Origin: Trichoplax adhaerens
Lineage: Eukaryota > Animalia > Placozoa
Length of the DNA stretch: 64,000 bases
Direction: 5' to 3'
Assembly (NCBI RefSeq): GCF_000150275.1
Contig: NW_002060946.1
Coordinates: 1,941,454 to 2,005,453, forward strand
Made by a program: the position numbers and the translations under genes. Below are positions 57,291 through 64,000 of this stretch, in pieces. The stretch's first letter is position 1, and each line of letters begins with the position of its first letter. The notes beneath the pieces were generated by a model. The model was not told where the DNA came from. It saw nothing but the letters and a program-made list of their open reading frames with translations, and did no database searches.

Positions 57291-59021
57291 ACCATCACAT
57301 CATTCATACTTTGTGAAAAAACATTTTTTCATGCAGAATCTATAAAGTATATATTGTATTTCGTTGTTATGGTTATGTTCGTTGACTGAATATACTTTAA
57401 TATATTGTTGATACATTTATTACGTTATGCTGTAGTGTATATCCGACATATGTATATATAATTAAACTTACTAAACAATGCATTATCCTTTGCGTTGATT
57501 TATCTGCTGAAGAGAGCTTTCATATCAACACCAAACGTAAGCATGTTCTGGCAGCATCGTAAAGCTGCAGGTATCAATCAACAACCAGAATTAGTTGACA
57601 AATATAAAGTGAAATAGTCGAGCGCTATATAATAAATTGTATTTTGATATGATACGCAGTGCATGGCATCATTTTATTCGAAAATTTTACAACCCATTTA
57701 CACATTAAATGTTCGACGAAGTGAAATAATATTACCAAACCTATTTCGATTCAAATGCTGCGTAAAATAGAAATTGTAACGAAATATGAAAGAGGACACA
57801 AAGTACACCAGATTTTTATATTCATAATTATAATCGCAACCGAGGTATTATTACTAAATACAGTGAAAGGCAATCTTTTACATACATTTTATATTAGACC
57901 ATACATTATTATCGGAAAAGGTAATCAGCTAAAAGATCTTATACGCTCGTGCCACTGACACAAATAACAAATGTGTCACTATAGATTCACTCTATATATA
58001 TATGGAAGTAAAGTAGGCATGTACAACAGCAAAGAAAGTTTCCTTTCATCTTGATATTTAAAACGGCTGTACGTCCTAGTCTTGCTACTTGCCGTAACAA
58101 TGGTAACTAAACTACTTACAGTATATGATTAAGGTTTTAGCTGCACTAAGCTACTTATTTAGGAGGTATCAGACTCTGATAAGTAATATTATAAAGGCAA
58201 TGATGTCAACTTTCTAGATCAGCACATGTTTACCATATGTATTACCTACGATAGCTTCATCACAATTTGAGAGCAAAAATTGAATTCGTGCGTATTATTT
58301 TGAACAGGTATCGAGATTTTGTCGTTAGATAGGGTTGCAACCACGAAAGTATTTTAAGGCATTATAGCAGTAGAACCGTCCGGATTGAGAATTCGTATTA
58401 TCTGATGGTTTGGTCTTTTACATTTATGATTTAATTGATATTGGGTCTTAGATATAACGTTATCATTATCTTCTATACTTGGCCAATTTTTAATCGCTTG
58501 ATTATGTCTTTTACCTGAACAAGGATGATATCATGATCTCCTTCAGGGTCAATAGCGATCCTATGTATTGCTTGATGATCCCCATCCCTTAATTGATCGA
58601 GTTTGAATTCTTTCATGATCGATCGACTTGGCTAATTATGCAATCCGAATTAGTCCCGGCAATTTGATGGATGATGTTTCTCGACGGAATGTTGGCATCG
58701 AGTATCATTCTTAGAACATCTATTGCGACGTTCCTATTGTTCTGCTGTATTAAATGATCATTTATTGGATTCAACTCGGGTGAAACATTAGCTACGCAAT
58801 GACTGCTTGTAAGACAATTACCAGTTGAATGTGAATGAGCAGTACAAATTAATTGACAGCTATTATATTCTACGAGAGATGGTTATGGATTATACAGTAC
58901 AAGGTACCACCTGGAAAGTGTGATAGACAACATGGTGAAGTTATCACTTGTAAATGGCATACACTACTTTGTTGATGAGACATTGCATGGCCAGACCTAT
59001 TTTCCAAACTGGTTAAGTTAG

Positions 59022-60077
59022 TTAAGTTAGCATTAGGCAAGAACTGACATGATATTTATGGGATTTGTCTTGATTCGGAAGATTTGCGTTGGTTATTTCA
59101 TAACTTGTTTGTAGACATTTTTCAGCTATTGGTAGGACATGGACAGAAGTATCGGTCTGCGAGTTATCGACATAGAGAGAATGATTTTGATTTTGATCGG
59201 CATCATTAGCATCATTCGCTGAATTATTGAGTAAATCTTCACCATAGTTTCGAAGATTTGCGTTAGTTATTTTACAACATGTTAGTAGATATTTTTCAGC
59301 CATTGGTAGGACATGCACAGAGGCATTGGTCTACGAGTTATCGACGTAGAGAGAATTACTTTGATTTTGATCAGCATTATTTGCATCTTTCGCTAAATAA
59401 TGGAGTAAATCTTCACGATAATAGTATCGATAACAATTTGATACAATATTACGCAGGGCCTCGGTCCACGGTACTTTAGTTTTCTGAAAATCATCTCGAT
59501 GATCACTCTTGATATTTCTCCAAGGAATATCAGGTGGCCACCAGTGAGGTTTTGCATCTTTACAGCCCCAGCCTATCTTACGACGTCCAGTTGTATATTT
59601 GATTATCACAGGTATAAATGAGCGTAATTCTGTTTGCTTCATTTCAGTGATACTAATGATCGGTAAATCAGATTTTGCACCCTGTATGCCATGAGCTTGG
59701 TCGTATGATGGCGATATCGGAGAATTATTGGGTAATTGTTTTAAACAATTCTGTAAATCATTCATAACCCAGGGAGCTAAATTTTCTATAATGCATTTCA
59801 AAGGTTGAGCACCGTAGACATGAAATTTCTCTCTGTGTTCATTGGCAGTAGAAGAAGTGCAATGATTATTATAATAATCGATCAAGACTACTTGTTGTCC
59901 AACGCAGACCGCAAACTCCTCGACTAATTTTCGCAACTTACGTAAAAGGTGTCGTCGTAATCTTCGTCGTCGTGACTGATCTTGAACAAAAGTATAATTA
60001 TTATACCTGGCTAAATAATATTCATCGCCGCATGCTTTGATTCTAAGAGCCTTTGATTGATGACCATTCTCTGTCAT
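59022..60077 (-). pseudogene. Intronless NRF1/EWG-like DNA-binding-domain gene interrupted by TAG
   Basis: LLRKLRKLVEEFAVCVGQQ, FHVYGAQPL, QTELRSFIPVIIKYTTGRRKIGWG, KPHWWPPDIPWRNIKSDHR, VPWTEALRNIVSNCY...REDLL match the NRF1 DBD; TAG at 59331-59333 with frame continuing to 59022. Confidence 0.85.
59078..59420. repeat. 174-bp (58-codon) in-frame tandem duplication
   Basis: gaagatttgcgtt at 59078 and 59252; both copies encode EDLL...ANxAxxADQNQxxSLYVDNS.T..SVHVLPxAEK. Confidence 0.92.
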
Positions 60078-61179
60078 TTTAGCAAAAAAACAAGCGATGG
60101 ATTGATATTGCAATTTAATTTTAAATGTACTCTACACTAAGTGTAGACTGTACAATCATTAAAAAACATGTGGCTAATGGTATTTTATATAGCAGAGACT
60201 GCACTGGACTGTTTGTTGTCTACTTTATTATTGCATGTCGATATCTCCATCTTAAATTAAATTTTAATTGGAATACAGTACTGTACAGTTATGGATCAAC
60301 ATGCAATCTACATGCATTATACAGTAAATAAAGTATAGGCCAAACGCGTAGCGAATGTCACTTTGAATTTGTGTATCTTACACTGTACAATCGATATTCT
60401 CATCGACCAGTATGTCCATCAATATTAGCAATTTTATATTAGCTTCTCCGGGCAATTTTTTATCCGTTTGCCAACCCTCTTTTAAACTACAGAACAGCAT
60501 TGGCTACTGAACGTCCAGCATATTAAGTGAAACGTCATGAATCATCTTTATGATCAAGCTGATCTATCTTGCTATGACTGCAGTTTTGACTATAGACAGA
60601 CGAATATTTTAAAAACGATAGCGATCCATTCCCTGTAATGAGCAAAAGACTGATACAGTTTACAGTTGTTTCTATGATATAATCTCTGAGATGTTTTCCA
60701 CACAGTAGAGTGGAATGCACCTTCTATCAGGTTAGCTTGCACCCACCATGATCTCAGTAACTCATTGAACTTCTTCAGTAAAGCAAGAAAATGATACTCT
60801 GTGCCTGCATCCAAGCAACAAAGTGTGAAATTTTTGATTATAGCGTTACCCTACTGCATGGATATGCATAAAATGATAGCTTACCCCGTTGACTAAAGAT
60901 TAAAAGTCCTTCTAGCTAATAAAGACAATCAATTTACACTCAGTGCACCAGTTCTTGTTCAATGTGGAAGCAGCTGCGGTCACATAACGCCAGAAGCTCT
61001 TTTACAAGTATTTCATATTAGTGAATGTACTAGTACAGTATTCCTTGCTGTAAAGAAGTACTTCTCATATACAGAAAACTACTTTTGTAACCTAATACCA
61101 TGTTTGAAGCCTCTTTCTACAAGTGCACTCGCAAGAATATCATAGATTTATCCTATTAAAACGACCGCCTTCTATCGTA

Positions 61180-61560
61180 CACCTCAGTGTGAGAAACAGC
61201 AACATGTAACGTTAGACCAGCGCGCATTGATCGTCCATCTTATGGCTGAGCATAAGTATGCGAGTATAGCTCGAAGACACTTTACTAAAACGTATGAGAA
61301 AATCAAGCCTACCTTAACCACATTTAAAAGGATCTATAAGAAATATCACGAAACCAATAGCCTCAAAAATCGACCACGTTCTGGTCGCCCATCGTTCGAT
61401 GCCCAACGCATACCGCCAATTCACGCAGAATAACGTCAAAATCCCACTGTTTCTGTTCGCCAATTAGCCAAGAAGACCAATATCCCTAAAGCGCAAATCC
61501 ATCGTCTTCTTCGTAAGATTAAAGGGTATCCATCCATGTATAATTCTACTCAGGAGGAAA
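61180..61560 (+). mobile_element. Tc1/mariner-superfamily transposase remnant (paired HTH region only)
   Basis: TLDQRALIVHLMAEHKYASIARRHFTKTYEKIKPTLTTFKRIYKKYHETNSLKNRPRSGRP...*RQNPTVSVRQLAKKTNIPKAQIHRLLRK; GRP linker and NPxxSxRQLA motif; stop at 61431-61433; no DDD/E domain recognised. Confidence 0.8.
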
Positions 61561-61939
61561 GACAATCAGTTGATATTGAGATAGGAAAGCAGGTACGCAA
61601 ACGTATGTTGTGGAAAAAATAGAATTTTCGATGGAGGCAAATGATGGATAAAAAATTGCATATTATTTCTAGCGCGTACCTTTCCATACACGATATTTGG
61701 CTACATATATCCAACGGATGGTAAATTTACAATCTGCTCAAAGGATACACAAAATAATGGCTGCAGCTCTCGGTAGTTTCTAATCTGCGTATATGATCAT
61801 GAAAACTTTATACTGTAAATCATGACAACGAATAATATACGCGCATAGACAGCGAACTTGATTCATGTTGACTTTCTCGGGATATAAAGATCCCTTTTAG
61901 AGTTGAAAATGTCAATATACAAATGGACAGCACTTTATA

Positions 61940-62652
61940 TTCTTATTTAACAACTAGCTTAGCTTTGCACAGCAGAAACGACGCAATCACTTTTACTTCT
62001 CATGGCTTATGGTAGACTTGCAAACTTTCTGCTATCGTTCTTGGTAATTAATTTAACACCTGTAAAATTACAACCACGAGCTATCTAGCTCGATGCGTAA
62101 TATCTCTGCTAATTACTGTATTACCTTGCATCAATAGAGGAAATCCAAAATTATCCTACGAATATACGCGTACAAATGTACTTTACGTGTAAATTCTTGT
62201 TCAACAACTAGATTAGCGCTTTTCATAGTAGAAAAAGAAATAATCACTTTTATTTCTCATGACTTATGCTAGGCTTGCAATCCTCCTGCTATCGTTCTTG
62301 ATACATTAATTAATTAATTAAATCTTAAGGACAAAATCATTCTTAGGAATGGCCGTAACATATACGCATAATTATAATTATTGTCCTGCATCGAATAAGA
62401 ATCCAAAGCTGTTCTATATACAAACATTCTTTACGTACGCATATATTCTTGTTCAGCAGATAGATTAGCGCTTTCCATAGTAGAAACAACACAATCACTT
62501 TTATTTCTAATTGTTTATGGTAGACTTATAAATCTGCTATCGCTCTTGATATATTAGTAAGTACGTCTAGAATTACAATCACTAGTTATCCCTAGCTAGA
62601 TGCGTAACATCTCTGCTAATAATTATCCTACATCATATCGGAAATCCAAAAC
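61940..62652. repeat. Degenerate ~250-bp tandem repeat x3
   Basis: aatcactttt..ttct / ctgctatcg.tcttg / aatccaaa blocks recur near 61986, 62242, 62493. Confidence 0.8.
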
Positions 62653-64000
62653 TGCAAGGCAAATGATAATAATCAAGCGAGACCTCTGAATCATCTAAAG
62701 CAGTTTAAGAAATGTGAAATTTTATAAGGTAATACAGCAATTGCAAATTTGATTTTAGATCATGATCATCTTCTAATTTATACGAGGCATTTTCAGATTA
62801 TATGCGTATTAATATTAAAGAAGGAATGAATTATGATATAAATTATATCGAAACCTCCATAGGCCTAAAGATTTAGCGGAAGTTTAATTTCAATTAACTA
62901 AAATTAATAAAAGAATATGTGTCCTTATATGACATATCTATAACATCTACATGTCTACATGGCATGCTGTGGTAATTAACATATTAAGATATTTTCTTCG
63001 TTGCACTTCTCTTCAGGCTAAAGCTACAGCGAATTCAATAATTAATGTTATTGCCAGGGGGATAAATTTATGGTTAAAACTAATGAAATCCTTTTTACGA
63101 TCAGCTGATGATCCAACGAATCTTGATATCAATCTGTACTGAAATGTGAAGTACTGTAAATTATCTTAATTTTCTTATTATTGTATCTCTTAATTGCGAG
63201 GCGATAAAGATCGGTCATTGTTTCCTTATTATTCGAATAATCTTTCGACTATATGAAATTGAAAGTCATGATATTATTGCAACCTTCACATTTTATCTGA
63301 TAAATAACTTATCATCGACTAATATCGAAGAAGGTCATTCTGCTATCATAACCAAAATTTACAATTCTTTTAGATTTAGGTCTTTGTATTTATATAACTC
63401 ATGCAAATAACATGATCAAGATCAGTTAGTATTTTATAAACTAATAACTATTGGCGTATCTTAACTTAATAAAGTAATGCTACAGGCATATTGTTATTGC
63501 TGTAGGAAATGACGTTTTAGTATATACGCATAATTATAATAGATAGCCTGCTGCCTATAATTGATCTCAATTTTAGTGTTATTATCGAATAATGGTGGAC
63601 TATTTTATTTATGTATATCCGGCATGCACGCATATTGTATAGCAAGGAATGATTATTAATAGTATTAATATTTAATGACGATGATGGTTATACGTCATAA
63701 TGATATTGAAATTACGCCTACATGATATAACAACATTTTAGTTATTCAATTACATCATAATTAGACCATACAATGCAACTGCCATTTAATTTTGTACATC
63801 TTAAAGTAGAGTTAGCGACATCAGCAACGAAAGGTATTGGTATATATGCCATAAGTGTTCGATCCATACACTGTAAAAGTCATGAGATATTCACAAATTT
63901 TATTACTTAAATCAATTTAAAGACAAAGTTTGTAATGAGGTTGTTCCATCGCTAGATGTGCAGTATTTTAGCAACTGCGAAATTTTTCCAAATTGGATAA

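Noticed and set aside
60400-61010. Short coding-like ORFs on the minus strand
   Set aside because: No recognisable family or consistent splice structure; may be pseudogene debris but unsupported.

Overview
AT-rich, gene-dense eukaryotic (early-branching animal) DNA with many short GT-AG introns; style and gene content suggest a placozoan such as Trichoplax (inference). In order: 3' end of an alpha2delta/CACHD1-like gene (+), IFT172 (-), LEG1-family gene (+), TIR-domain gene (-), two identical 5S rRNA genes plus a probable decayed third copy (-), C-factor/sniffer-like SDR (+), MED20 with intronless CDS (-), DALRD3 (+), small matrin-type zinc-finger gene (-), a solitary histone H4 with 3' stem-loop (-), GMDS with an in-frame TAG at a conserved Trp (-), a candidate LTR fragment, EEF1AKMT2/METTL10 (+), MFSD3 (-), LSM8 (-), IRBIT/AHCYL (+), an intronless disrupted NRF1/EWG-like gene (-), a Tc1/mariner transposase remnant (+) and a ~250-bp degenerate tandem repeat. 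The most striking unexplained signal is a family of 5-bp-periodic, orientation-switching (CAGTA/TACTG)n patches. They carry pentamer variants, perfect hairpins and shared embedded motifs, and cluster at gene 5' ends and divergent promoters. Exon boundaries were assigned by eye; family names come from motif recognition, not database searches.
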